DNA of 64,000 nt from Polyangiales bacterium (GTDB lineage Bacteria > Myxococcota_A > Polyangia > Polyangiales > Polyangiaceae): positions 181,993-245,992 of the forward strand of contig JBBRLQ010000010.1 of the NCBI GenBank assembly GCA_038231275.1, in the 5' to 3' direction. Shown here in pieces: positions 1 through 9,900 of this stretch (position 1 is its first letter; the number at the start of each line of letters is the position of its first letter). A model generated the notes under the pieces. It saw only the letters and a program-made list of their open reading frames with translations, made no database searches and had not been told where the DNA came from. A program made the position numbers and the translations under genes.

Positions 1-31
1 CCGTTCCCCAATGTGTGGTTCATTTCTCGCT

Positions 32-181
32 TCAGCGATCCTCGATACCCCAGCGGATCAGTTGCCGCTGCGGTTGGGCGACGACGAGGCTTTCCCCGCG
101 TCGATCGGCGTTTCCGCGGACGGGAAGCCCGAAGAAACGGGCGATCGTCGCGAGGGCGCGGCGAATTCGGAGAACGACCAT
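32..181 (-). CDS. 49-aa small basic protein (MVVLRIRRALATIARFFGLPVRG...), probable paralogue of 928..1050
   Basis: ATG at 181, TGA at 34-32; ATG is 13 nt below the sigma-54 box at 194-207; shares RIRRxL..FGxPxRG..S..V..R..W with 928..1050; not in ORF track. Confidence 0.5.
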   Translation of the reverse strand: MVVLRIRRALATIARFFGLPVRGNADRRGESLVVAQPQRQLIRWGIEDR

Positions 182-193
182 GCGCAGCTTCGT

Positions 194-207
194 GCACCTC
201 GCGTGCC
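194..207 (-). promoter_or_regulatory. sigma-54 -24/-12 box
   Basis: GGGCACGCGAGGTGCA (GG-N10-GC). Confidence 0.6.
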
Positions 208-218
208 CAGCGGGCGGC

Positions 219-617
219 TCAGGCGCGAGGACGCTTCAGCAGCCTGCAGATCGTCGCGATCAGGTGCTCGACCTCGATGGGCTTCGTCAGGTGCGCTGCA
301 AATCCCCCGCTCCCGCGCTTGCTCTCTGGCGCGCGTTCGTAACCGCTGAGCGCGATGACAGGGACGCTTCCGCCTCCCGTCGTCTCGACGGCGCGAATCT
401 CTTCGAGCAACGCGTACCCGTCCTGGACGGGAAGTCCGATGTCCGAGACGACCAGATCCGGCGCCTCCGCCGTAAACGCTGTGAGCGCCTCGTTGGCCGT
501 CCTTGCCTGCAAGACAACGGCGCCGTGCTCTTCGAGAACGAATGCGACCATCTCACGCCCGTCGTCGTCATCGTCGACGAGCAGAACGCGAACGCCGGCG
601 AGGTCACGATCACGCAT
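219..617 (-). CDS. stand-alone response regulator receiver
   Basis: VLLVDDDDD, DLVVSDIGLP, IALSG, HLTKP receiver motifs. Confidence 0.9.
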   Translation of the reverse strand: MRDRDLAGVRVLLVDDDDDGREMVAFVLEEHGAVVLQARTANEALTAFTAEAPDLVVSDIGLPVQDGYALLEEIRAVETTGGGSVPVIALSGYERAPESKRGSGGFAAHLTKPIEVEHLIATICRLLKRPRA

Positions 618-635
618 GTCCTCTACATAGCCTAC

Positions 636-845
636 CTATCGCCGGCCGAGGCGTGGCGGATGAGGCGCCGGCTCCGGCGCGTGCGTCGGGTTCGGCGGCG
701 CGTGCAGCGGTTCGTTCGGTAGGGGCGTCGGGGGAGACGGATCCGGAGGTGGCGGCGGCACCGACGGAGGCCTCGGAGGAGCCGTCGGCGGCGGCGCAGG
801 ATTTACGTTGGGCGACGGGGGATAGGGCGTGAGGGGGTTCGCCAT
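636..845 (-). CDS. small proline-rich protein, 69 aa
   Basis: ATG 14 nt below box 859-872; sequence is nearly half Pro. Confidence 0.5.
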   Translation of the reverse strand: MANPLTPYPPSPNVNPAPPPTAPPRPPSVPPPPPDPSPPTPLPNEPLHAPPNPTHAPEPAPHPPRLGRR

Positions 846-858
846 GAACTGCACTGGA

Positions 859-872
859 GCATGCAGCGTGCC
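859..872 (-). promoter_or_regulatory. sigma-54 -24/-12 box
   Basis: CGGCACGCTGCATGCT. Confidence 0.6.
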
Positions 873-899
873 GGCGTCACCGCAGCCGCCTCGGCCGCG

Positions 900-913
900 G
901 GCACATCGGTTGC
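900..913 (+). promoter_or_regulatory. sigma-54 -24/-12 box
   Basis: GGGCACATCGGTTGCT. Confidence 0.65.
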
Positions 914-927
914 TTGGCAGGGGAGAG

Positions 928-1050
928 ATGATGCGTATCCGGCGACGACTCCAAGCGCTGGTGCTCTCTTGGTTCGGTGTGCCTTCACGCGGAAGGGATG
1001 GCTCGATTCGCGTCCGCCGCAAGCGTCGCTTCCTCTACTGGGCGCGGTGA
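928..1050 (+). CDS. 40-aa basic small protein MMRIRRRLQALVLSWFGVPSRGRDGSIRVRRKRRFLYWAR
   Basis: ATG 15 nt below box 900-913; resembles ORF 32..181. Confidence 0.5.
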   Translation: MMRIRRRLQALVLSWFGVPSRGRDGSIRVRRKRRFLYWAR

Positions 1051-1143
1051 TGCTGCAGCCTCTGAGAGTGCGCGTGTGGCGTGGCGCATTTGCTCGGGCG
1101 ACGGATCGGCACGCACGACCGCCTCGACGGGTTCACGATGCGT

Positions 1144-1422
1144 TCACGACGCGAGCATGTCGCGCGGCAGACGCTCAACCGTCCACTGCGCCGCGGCTGC
1201 GGCTCGTTCGCGCGCACGTCGTCGAGTCACCACGAGGATGTCCGCGACGTGGGAGGCGCCGAGCGTCGCGAGCCTGTCTTTGATCCGACGCCCGAAGTCG
1301 GTTTCCCTCTCACCGGGCGTCTGCGCGATCACGACAGTCTCCTGCTTCGACGGCTTCACCAGCCAAAACCACGGGGAGCCGCTCTCGGCAATCACCACCC
1401 GCGTTCCATTCCTGCGATCCAT
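1144..1422 (-). CDS. hypothetical protein, 92 aa (MDRRNGTRVVIAESG...)
   Basis: protein-like ORF; ATG 14 nt below box 1436-1449. Confidence 0.55.
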   Translation of the reverse strand: MDRRNGTRVVIAESGSPWFWLVKPSKQETVVIAQTPGERETDFGRRIKDRLATLGASHVADILVVTRRRARERAAAAAQWTVERLPRDMLAS

Positions 1423-1435
1423 GAGCGCGTCTTCA

Positions 1436-1449
1436 GCAAGCGACATGCC
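1436..1449 (-). promoter_or_regulatory. sigma-54 -24/-12 box
   Basis: CGGCATGTCGCTTGCT. Confidence 0.65.
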
Positions 1450-1466
1450 GCAGCGGCTCGATGCGT

Positions 1467-1480
1467 GGCACGCGGAGTGC
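1467..1480 (+). promoter_or_regulatory. sigma-54 -24/-12 box
   Basis: TGGCACGCGGAGTGCT. Confidence 0.65.
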
Positions 1481-1494
1481 TGATTGGCTTCGTC

Positions 1495-1653
1495 ATGGAC
1501 CCCACCCGCAAGACCGAGCAAGAGACGTGGCTGGCCAAGATCGAGCGCGCGGTTCAGAGCTTCCGCGTCGCGAGTGAGCAGGCCGTCGGGCGCGCGCAAA
1601 GCGAGATGCCGTCACCCGGACAGAGCCAACCCTCGAATCGAGGCGGGCAATGA
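1495..1653 (+). CDS. small hypothetical protein, 52 aa (MDPTRKTEQETWLAKIERAV...)
   Basis: ATG 15 nt below box 1467-1480; amphipathic helix-like sequence. Confidence 0.5.
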   Translation: MDPTRKTEQETWLAKIERAVQSFRVASEQAVGRAQSEMPSPGQSQPSNRGGQ

Positions 1654-1731
1654 GCTGCACAATCGCCACAACGTGGCAATTATGTAACTCCGCCGCTGTG
1701 TAGTTACGGAAGGTTGCGCCCGGAATGCGTA

Positions 1732-1745
1732 GGCACTGCAGTTGC
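1732..1745 (+). promoter_or_regulatory. sigma-54 -24/-12 box upstream of the NtrC-type activator operon
   Basis: AGGCACTGCAGTTGCT. Confidence 0.7.
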
Positions 1746-1797
1746 TTATTCGCTGGGCGGCGCCATAAAAGCGCCACATTCTCTCGAAGGACGACCC

Positions 1798-3212
<1,415 letters not shown>

Positions 3213-3216
<4 letters not shown>

Positions 3217-3971
3217 CGAGCCGCGACGCGGAGTCCGGCGAAGATCACCCCCCCGACGAAGCGGACTACCTTCGCACCGAGTTCCTCGAGCGGATCGCGC
3301 ACGAGCTGCGCGGGCCCGCCGGTGTCACGCTGGGGACGCTCGACGAGATGGAGCTCGCGCTGGGCCCCGACGCCGACAAAATCAAGCAGCTGATGGCGAT
3401 GGCGAGGCGAGGTGCGCGTCGCGTGCTGCGGACTGCCGAGCGACTGAGCCGCACCGCGCAGCTCGTGGGAGAGCACGTCGAGTGGTCACGCGCGCCGTCG
3501 GATCTCAAGACCGTGCTGCAGCGGGCGGTGCGCGAGGCGGAGCTGACCGAGGCGCGGAGGGGCATCAGCGTCGTCCTCTCGGTTCCCTCGCAGCCCTGCA
3601 CGGTCGCGGTGGACGCCCCGTGGCTAGCGGTCGCCGTCATCGAGCTCGTCGTCAACGCGATCGCGCACGCGCGAAAGGTCGTCTCCGTCACCGTCAATCT
3701 CGAACCCGGCGCCGCGGTCATCGCCGTGACCGACGACGGCGTCGGATTCGCGGGTCCCGTGCAAGACCGCTTCGCACCGCCGCGCGATCGACGAGGTCTC
3801 GGTCTTTCGCTCTCGATCGTCAAGGACGTCGCGGTCGCGCACGGAGGGACCCTGTCGGTCGATCCACGCAAGGCCGAAGAGACAACCGAGGCGCGAGGTG
3901 CGACCGTTCGGCTCACTCTCCCCTACGCGGGCGCCACGAGCGCGACGGTGGAGCCGGGACCCCACCTATGA
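3213..3971 (+). CDS. histidine kinase with no input domain (HisKA + HATPase)
   Basis: H-box IAHELRGP, N-box ELVVNAI, DDGVG, GLGLSL; ATGA overlaps at both ends. Confidence 0.85.
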
Positions 3972-4369
3972 ACGACGACGCGCTCCTCCCGTGGCTGGTC
4001 GTCGTCGCCGACGACGACGAGGACACGCGTCTCCTCATGGCATCGTCCTTCCGTCGCGCCGGGTTCGACGTCGCCGAAGCCTCCAACGGCGTGGAGCTGC
4101 TCGACTCGTTCGCGCAAGAGCCAACGCGACGCGTGATGGTCGTCTCGGACATCGGGATGCCGCAAATGGACGGGATCGCCGCCACGAGCGAGGTGCGGAG
4201 GAGGGGCAGGACGACCCCCGTCCTCCTCGTGACGGCCTTCGGCGACGAGCGCACCCTTCGAAGCGCGCGCGACGCCGGGGCCGACAAGGTGCTCCTGAAG
4301 CCGCTCGACCTCCCCCTCCTCGTTCGAACTGCCATGGAGCTGATGAACGCGCCGCCGCGCGTTGCCTGA
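3968..4369 (+). CDS. stand-alone response regulator receiver
   Basis: VVADDDED, SDIGMP, LVTAF, LLKP; ATGA overlap with the kinase stop. Confidence 0.9.
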   Translation: MNDDALLPWLVVVADDDEDTRLLMASSFRRAGFDVAEASNGVELLDSFAQEPTRRVMVVSDIGMPQMDGIAATSEVRRRGRTTPVLLVTAFGDERTLRSARDAGADKVLLKPLDLPLLVRTAMELMNAPPRVA

Positions 4370-4373
4370 CGCG

Positions 4374-4538
4374 TCACACCGACGCGCGTCTGCCGAACAA
4401 GAACGACAGCCCGGCGAGGACGACGAAGACGACGAAGAGGACCTTCGCGATCCCAGCGGAGTCGGCGGCGATCCCACCGAAGCCCATGACGGCGGCGACG
4501 AGCGCGATGCAGAAAAAGACGGCGGCCCAGTACAGCAT
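4374..4538 (-). CDS. DUF1328 / UPF0391 (YtjA-like) small membrane protein
   Basis: [33 protein letters not shown] signature; SD AAGGAG. Confidence 0.9.
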   Translation of the reverse strand: MLYWAAVFFCIALVAAVMGFGGIAADSAGIAKVLFVVFVVLAGLSFLFGRRASV

Positions 4539-4549
4539 GACGATTCTCC

Positions 4550-5578
4550 TTATCGTTGGTTCAGGGTTGTTCGAGATGACGACGGGAAGACTGCCGTTCG
4601 GCCGGTGTGCCGGGCGTTCAGCTCGGAGGCGACGAGGACGAGCACCGCGGCCGTCGCGAACGCCGCGGCGAGGACGCTCCACGAGCTCACGCGGTGGTCC
4701 GCGTGTTTGTCCTTCGGCGCGGGGGACGCGCTCTTCTTCGGCTTCGGCGCCGGCTTCAGCGCAGCTTCGAAGGCGTCCGCCATCTCGGCGACGTCGGCGA
4801 ACCGATCCTCGAGCTTACGTGCGAACGCTCGCGCGAACCACCCGTCGAGTGCGCGGGGCAGCTCCGGGCTCGCCAAGCATGGCCGCACGAAGACGCCGCT
4901 CGTGACCGCGACGCAGACCGCGGGATACGACGGACCGTCGAACGGCAAGCAGCCGAGCAGGCACTCGTAGGCCACCACCGCAGCGGCCCACATGTCCTCG
5001 TGCACGCTCCCGACGCCGCCCTCGACGAGCTGCTCGGGGCTCATGTACGGCCCGGTGCCAACCGTCACCGCGTCGGACTCGCCCCTGGGCTCCTCGCGGG
5101 ATGACGCGACGCCGAAGTCCACGAGCGTGACGCGCGGTTCGTCTTCCGAGCCCGAGAGCATCACGTTGGCGGGTTTGACGTCGCGGTGAACGACACCCTC
5201 TGCGTGAACCTCGCCGAGCGCCGCGAGGAGCTCACGGATTACGCGGAGCGCGACCGTGTACGCCGGCTTTCCGCCGCTCGCCTCGAAACGATCGGACAGG
5301 CTGACGCCGTCGACGTTCTGCATCACCGCGTACGGCTGCCCGTAATGGTTGCCCGCGCAGACGAGGCGCGCCGCGCGCGAAGTCCGCAGCGCGCCGAGGA
5401 TCCGCAATTCGCGCTCGAAGCGCGCGACCGCCCGCGGATCGCCGAGGAGCTTCGGCAGCATCATCTTGATGGCGACGAGCGCGCCCTCGTGACGGCCGAG
5501 CCAAACCGTTCCCATGCCGCCGCGCCCGAGCAGCCTGAGTAGTTGAATTTTCTCTCCGACGCGGGCGACCGGTTGCAT
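4550..5578 (-). CDS. Hanks-type Ser/Thr protein kinase with C-terminal TM segment
   Basis: [27 protein letters not shown]; start placed below box 5593-5606 (5584 or 5608 possible). Confidence 0.9.
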   Translation of the reverse strand: MQPVARVGEKIQLLRLLGRGGMGTVWLGRHEGALVAIKMMLPKLLGDPRAVARFERELRILGALRTSRAARLVCAGNHYGQPYAVMQNVDGVSLSDRFEASGGKPAYTVALRVIRELLAALGEVHAEGVVHRDVKPANVMLSGSEDEPRVTLVDFGVASSREEPRGESDAVTVGTGPYMSPEQLVEGGVGSVHEDMWAAAVVAYECLLGCLPFDGPSYPAVCVAVTSGVFVRPCLASPELPRALDGWFARAFARKLEDRFADVAEMADAFEAALKPAPKPKKSASPAPKDKHADHRVSSWSVLAAAFATAAVLVLVASELNARHTGRTAVFPSSSRTTLNQR

Positions 5579-5592
5579 CTGCATCGGAGTTA

Positions 5593-5606
5593 GCAGTCCG
5601 CGTGCC
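5593..5606 (-). promoter_or_regulatory. sigma-54 -24/-12 box
   Basis: TGGCACGCGGACTGCT. Confidence 0.65.
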
Positions 5607-5787
5607 ACTCCCGCCGATCCCGACGATTTGGCTTCATTTAGCTATGATCGCGCGCGTCGACGCCTCCCGCATCCACGCCCCACTGGGGCGGCCGAGCAAG
5701 CACGTTTCTCCAACCGAGCGTGGACGAGCTCCGAGCGCGCGAAGCGTTTGGTGCGCTCGAACCAACGCGCGCGCGCGAGCTCGGCGT

Positions 5788-5801
5788 GGCGCGCATCCTG
5801 C
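5788..5801 (+). promoter_or_regulatory. sigma-54 -24/-12 box
   Basis: TGGCGCGCATCCTGCA. Confidence 0.65.
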
Positions 5802-5833
5802 AAAGTAGGGCTTACAGAAGAAGGAGAGACATC

Positions 5834-6325
5834 ATGCGTTCGATTGCCAATACTGCCGACGATGCGATGGATCAGGTCAAGAGCACGGCCGTTAGCGCCA
5901 AGGGGAACCTGATGGACTTCGGGACGCAGGCCCTCAAGTTCATCAACACGCTCCGCGTCATGGAAATGCGCAGCGCGGACACGGTGCTCGACCGCATGGG
6001 GCTGCAGCGTCGTGAGAGCGCGCTGCGTCCGTTCATGTGGTTCGCGGCCGGCGGGCTCGCGGTGGGCGCCGTCGCGCTGGTCCTCGCGCCCGAATCCGGG
6101 AAGAATCTGCGGGCGCGCCTCGCGCGGATGCTCGACAAGGGAGTGGAGAAGGCCAAGGACGCCGAGTCGAAGGTGGAGGACGCGATCTCCGACGCCAAGA
6201 AGACCGTCGTCGCGGCCACCCACACAGTCGCCGCGGCCACCCACACAACGGAGGCGCGCGTTCAGCAGGGGGTCGACGATCTCCGCCGGAACAACATCCC
6301 CAAGAACGATCACGTCATTCGCTGA
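5834..6325 (+). CDS. YtxH-domain (general stress) protein
   Basis: FAAGGLAVGAVALVLAPESGKNLR motif then coiled coil; SD AAGGAG. Confidence 0.75.
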   Translation: MRSIANTADDAMDQVKSTAVSAKGNLMDFGTQALKFINTLRVMEMRSADTVLDRMGLQRRESALRPFMWFAAGGLAVGAVALVLAPESGKNLRARLARMLDKGVEKAKDAESKVEDAISDAKKTVVAATHTVAAATHTTEARVQQGVDDLRRNNIPKNDHVIR

Positions 6326-6403
6326 GTCGATCCGCCGGCCGGATCGAAGTCGGGGCGCCACCGCGTGTATCGCGGCGGCGCCCCGAGCTCATTTCGTAGC
6401 TGG

Positions 6404-6430
6404 AAGCGCGCGCGAGAGGCCGCGCTTTTT
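6404..6430 (+). terminator. probable intrinsic terminator
   Basis: AAGCGCG-N10-CGCGCTT then T run, between convergent genes. Confidence 0.5.
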
Positions 6431-6432
6431 CA

Positions 6433-6912
6433 TCAGGCCTTGTCGACCATCGTCTTCAGATCGGTCCATTGTTGCGCGACGCGCGCCTTCGCGTCGTCCC
6501 AGCCCGTTGCAGTCACGGTGTCGAGCCCACGGAAGCTGGTCACGAAGGCCTCGCGCTGGGCGTGGACCTGCTTCAGGCTTGCTTCGAGGTCCGTCTTGGC
6601 TTTGCCCGTTTGGGTCTTCGCCTTCGCGTCCAGCCCCTCGATCTTCTTGTCGAGGTCGACGAGATCGGTCGTCACCTTGTGACGAAAGTCCTCGCGCAGC
6701 GTGCTGAACTTCGCCTGCGCCTCCGCCACCTTCTTGTCGGCCTCCGCCTGCGCGGTGTTCGCCTTGTCGTCGGCCTCGTGCCGGGCGCTCGCGATTTTTT
6801 TGTCGGCCTCGGTCTGGGCGTTGTTCGCCTTCTGCTGCTCGTCGGCCGCCTTATCGCAGCCCATCGCCATGACCATCGAGACGAACGCACCCATGAGAAT
6901 CGAAGAACGCAT
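6433..6912 (-). CDS. coiled-coil lipoprotein (Ala/Lys/Asp-rich)
   Basis: signal ending MAMGC; helical repeats AQTEADKK/AQAEADKK; SD AAGGAGG. Confidence 0.8.
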   Translation of the reverse strand: MRSSILMGAFVSMVMAMGCDKAADEQQKANNAQTEADKKIASARHEADDKANTAQAEADKKVAEAQAKFSTLREDFRHKVTTDLVDLDKKIEGLDAKAKTQTGKAKTDLEASLKQVHAQREAFVTSFRGLDTVTATGWDDAKARVAQQWTDLKTMVDKA

Positions 6913-6953
6913 GTGGAACCTCCTTGACCCGTCAGCGAGTCAGCTCGGGCTTA

Positions 6954-6967
6954 GCAAGGGCCGTACC
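6954..6967 (-). promoter_or_regulatory. sigma-54 -24/-12 box
   Basis: CGGTACGGCCCTTGCT. Confidence 0.65.
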
Positions 6968-6984
6968 GCACCAAGGCGGAGCTC

Positions 6985-9900
6985 TCAGTAGCGGTAGCGC
7001 CACACGACGTCGGCCATCGAGCTGCCCTGGTCTCCGAACGTCGTCGCGAGCGACCAGTTTCGCAGGAAGCGCCAGTCGATCGTGGCGAACGTGCGGTCGG
7101 GGTTGGTGCCGGGCGGCGGCGTGCCGAGGACGACGGCGATCTGCAGCGAGATGTCCTTCGCGATGCGCAGCTCCACTTCGGGGCGCGGGTTCGCGGAGTC
7201 GGTCGTGTCGACCTTCGTCTCCACGTCGAGGCCGGTGAGGCTGTCGATGCCTTTGCTGAGGCCTCCGCTCGCCAGGCCGCCTGCAGCCGTTCCCGCGCGC
7301 GTCGCGCCGTCGGCGGTGGGCTGCGCGTAAGGAGTCGACGACGAGCCGTCCGCCGTGCCGAAGAGGATGAGCGCGAGGATCTCGTTCTGCGGACGCCCCG
7401 GCTCGGAGCGCAGCGTGACCTTGCCGGTCTTGAGCGGCCCCGAGAAATCCGCGAGCACGCGCGTTCCGTCGGACGCGGTCCAGCCGGCGGTCACGACGAC
7501 CTCGGGGTTCGAGGGATCGTCGCCGACGAACGAGACCGTGCCCCTCTCAATTTCGAAGTGCTTGTTCTGGACCTCGAGCGTGCCGCTCTTGAGGCGGATT
7601 TGCCCGGACATGCGCGTCTTGTCGCTCACGTGGATCTCCGGCGTACCTTCGAGCGCGACACGGAGCGTGCGCCCGCGCTCGATCGCGACGTCTTGGCCAA
7701 GGTGAAACGCGACGTTCACGCGGGTCGGCGCGCCGGGCGTCGCCTCGGGCTCGCGGAGATCTTCCCCGTCGATCGGCAAGGTGACGAACTGGCCGGGCGC
7801 GCGGAACGTCCCAATTCGCACTTTCTTGGGCTCGTCGAGTGGCTGCACGGCGTGAGGCGACGCGTCGGGGAGACGGACGTGCAGGGTCGGGACTTCGACG
7901 TCGATGTTGGTGATCGACCCATCCGCGGACGACACGGCGACGACTTGCATGTCGCCGTACATGTCTCCCATCTGCACGCCCTGAACTCCGACGGGAATGG
8001 GTTTTCCCTTCGGCACGCGGATCGCGGCGCGCGCCTCGGCGACGCGGAGGCCGTTCAAGCGCGCGACTCCGGCAGCCATGACCATGCCGGAGGTTCCGAA
8101 CGCCTGGACGCCTTCGAGGCGTAAGACGCCGCCCTCGGACAACGTCAGCTTGCCCTGCACGCCGTGGAGCTCCTGGCCCAACGACGTGATCTGGACGGTC
8201 GCGTCGTGGACGGAGACGGTGCCGCTCGCGTGCGCGGCCTCGCCGCCGGCCGGCACCGAGTAGCGCGCGTCGGCGTCGAGCTTTCCCGAGAGATCCGCCA
8301 CCGCCGGCTCCACGAACGGAGTCAGCGCCGCGAGCGGAAACGACTGCGCGCGCAACGTCAGGAGCGCAGGCTTCGTGCCGTCGACCTTGGGCACGAGGAG
8401 CGCTCCCCACGTGACGCCGACGTCCGCGCGCGCGTCGACGAACGAGCCGGGCTGGTCGAGTCGCGCGGCGCCGTGCAGCGCGCCGCCCGCCACCGTCGCG
8501 TCGACCTTCGCGGTCGCGAACCTCGCGGTCCCGATCTCGAGGCCGTCGACGCTCAGGCTCGCCTTCGCGCTCGCGTCGCCATGGAGGTGCGCCACTTCCA
8601 GCTGTCCGCTGATGCGCCCGCGGACCTGGCGATCGGAGAGCGCGGCGACGGCGACGAGAGGGAACCTGTCGAGCTTTGCGTTCGCCGACGCCACCCACGG
8701 AGGATCCTTCTTCGCGTCCGCGCCGACGAAGTCCGTGAGGAGGGCCTCGAGGTGGGCGGTCGCGGCGAGGACCTTGCCCTTCGGCGTACGCGCCTCGAGG
8801 GTTGCGTCGGCGAGGCCCGCCGCATAGCGCGCGACGAGATCCACGTCGAGCTTGTTCGTGATCGGCGCTTGCGGCGACTTCGCGCCGAACATGTGCGCGC
8901 TGACGTCGACGACCGGCACGAGGACGGTGCCCTGCATCCCGATCGAGGCGGTGACGTCTCCGGCGGCTTTGTCGCCGACGAAGGGGATCGCGCTGAACGG
9001 CCGGCGCGGCAGGAACGCGCGCGCAGAGAAGGGGACGGCGAGCAGCGCGTCGACTGTGTCCGGCGCCGCGGCGATCTCACGGTACGGAAGCGCCGTAGCG
9101 CGGGCGTCGAGGGAGACGAGGATCCCGCGCCGATCGACGACGCGGCCGTCGAGCCCGACGTCGCCGCTCGGTCCGTCGAGGCTCGCGTCGACTTGGAGAT
9201 CGAAGCCCTCTAGCCGGCGGCCCTCATTCGAGAGCACGACGGTGCCGTTGGCCGCGCGCGCCGGCGTCACGGTGGCCAGCGTGAGCCCCGACGTCTCGAG
9301 CGCTGCGTGGAAGCTCGGCGCCGAGTCGCTGCCCTTCGCGCGCCAGGCCGACGCGCGGACGCTCAAGTTTCCGCCGACGTCCCCGATGGGGCTGGGACCG
9401 GCGTGAGGCACGAGGAAAGCGAGCTTCGACAGCGCCACTTGCCCCTCGACCTCGACGTCTCCCCAGGCGCTCTTCCACGCATCCGCGCGGAGGGGGCCGT
9501 CGCCGGGGATCTCGACCCGCGCGTTCTTCACCTCGACGCGCCCGAAGCCCGCCTCGGACGCGCGCGCGCGGACGGCCGCGGCGCGCCCAGCGAAGGTGGC
9601 GTCGAGGTGCGCGTTCGCGTCCTTCGACGCGAAGCCGTCGGCGTGGCGCAGATCCATGGTCAGCGTGCCGTGGACCGCGCGCTCGGTGGCCTTCAAATCG
9701 GCGTCCACCGTCAGCGCTCCGCCACGAATGCGGTCGGCCATTCCCAAGAGACCGCCGACGAGCGCCAGATCGAGGCCCTTCGTGACGGCGCGCGCCTCCG
9801 CCGACGTCGGACCGCGGCGACCGGAGAGCGTGAGCGGCTCGCCGAGCCCCTTGAGGACGGCGCCGTCGACCTGGATCTCCCCGCCGGCCGCGCGCACCGC

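Noticed and set aside
985..1146. Frame stays open for 52 codons past the TGA of ORF 1144..1422 (possible readthrough or selenocysteine)
   Set aside because: No recognisable SECIS or domain, open frames of this length are common at this GC, and it would overlap the 928..1050 ORF antisense.
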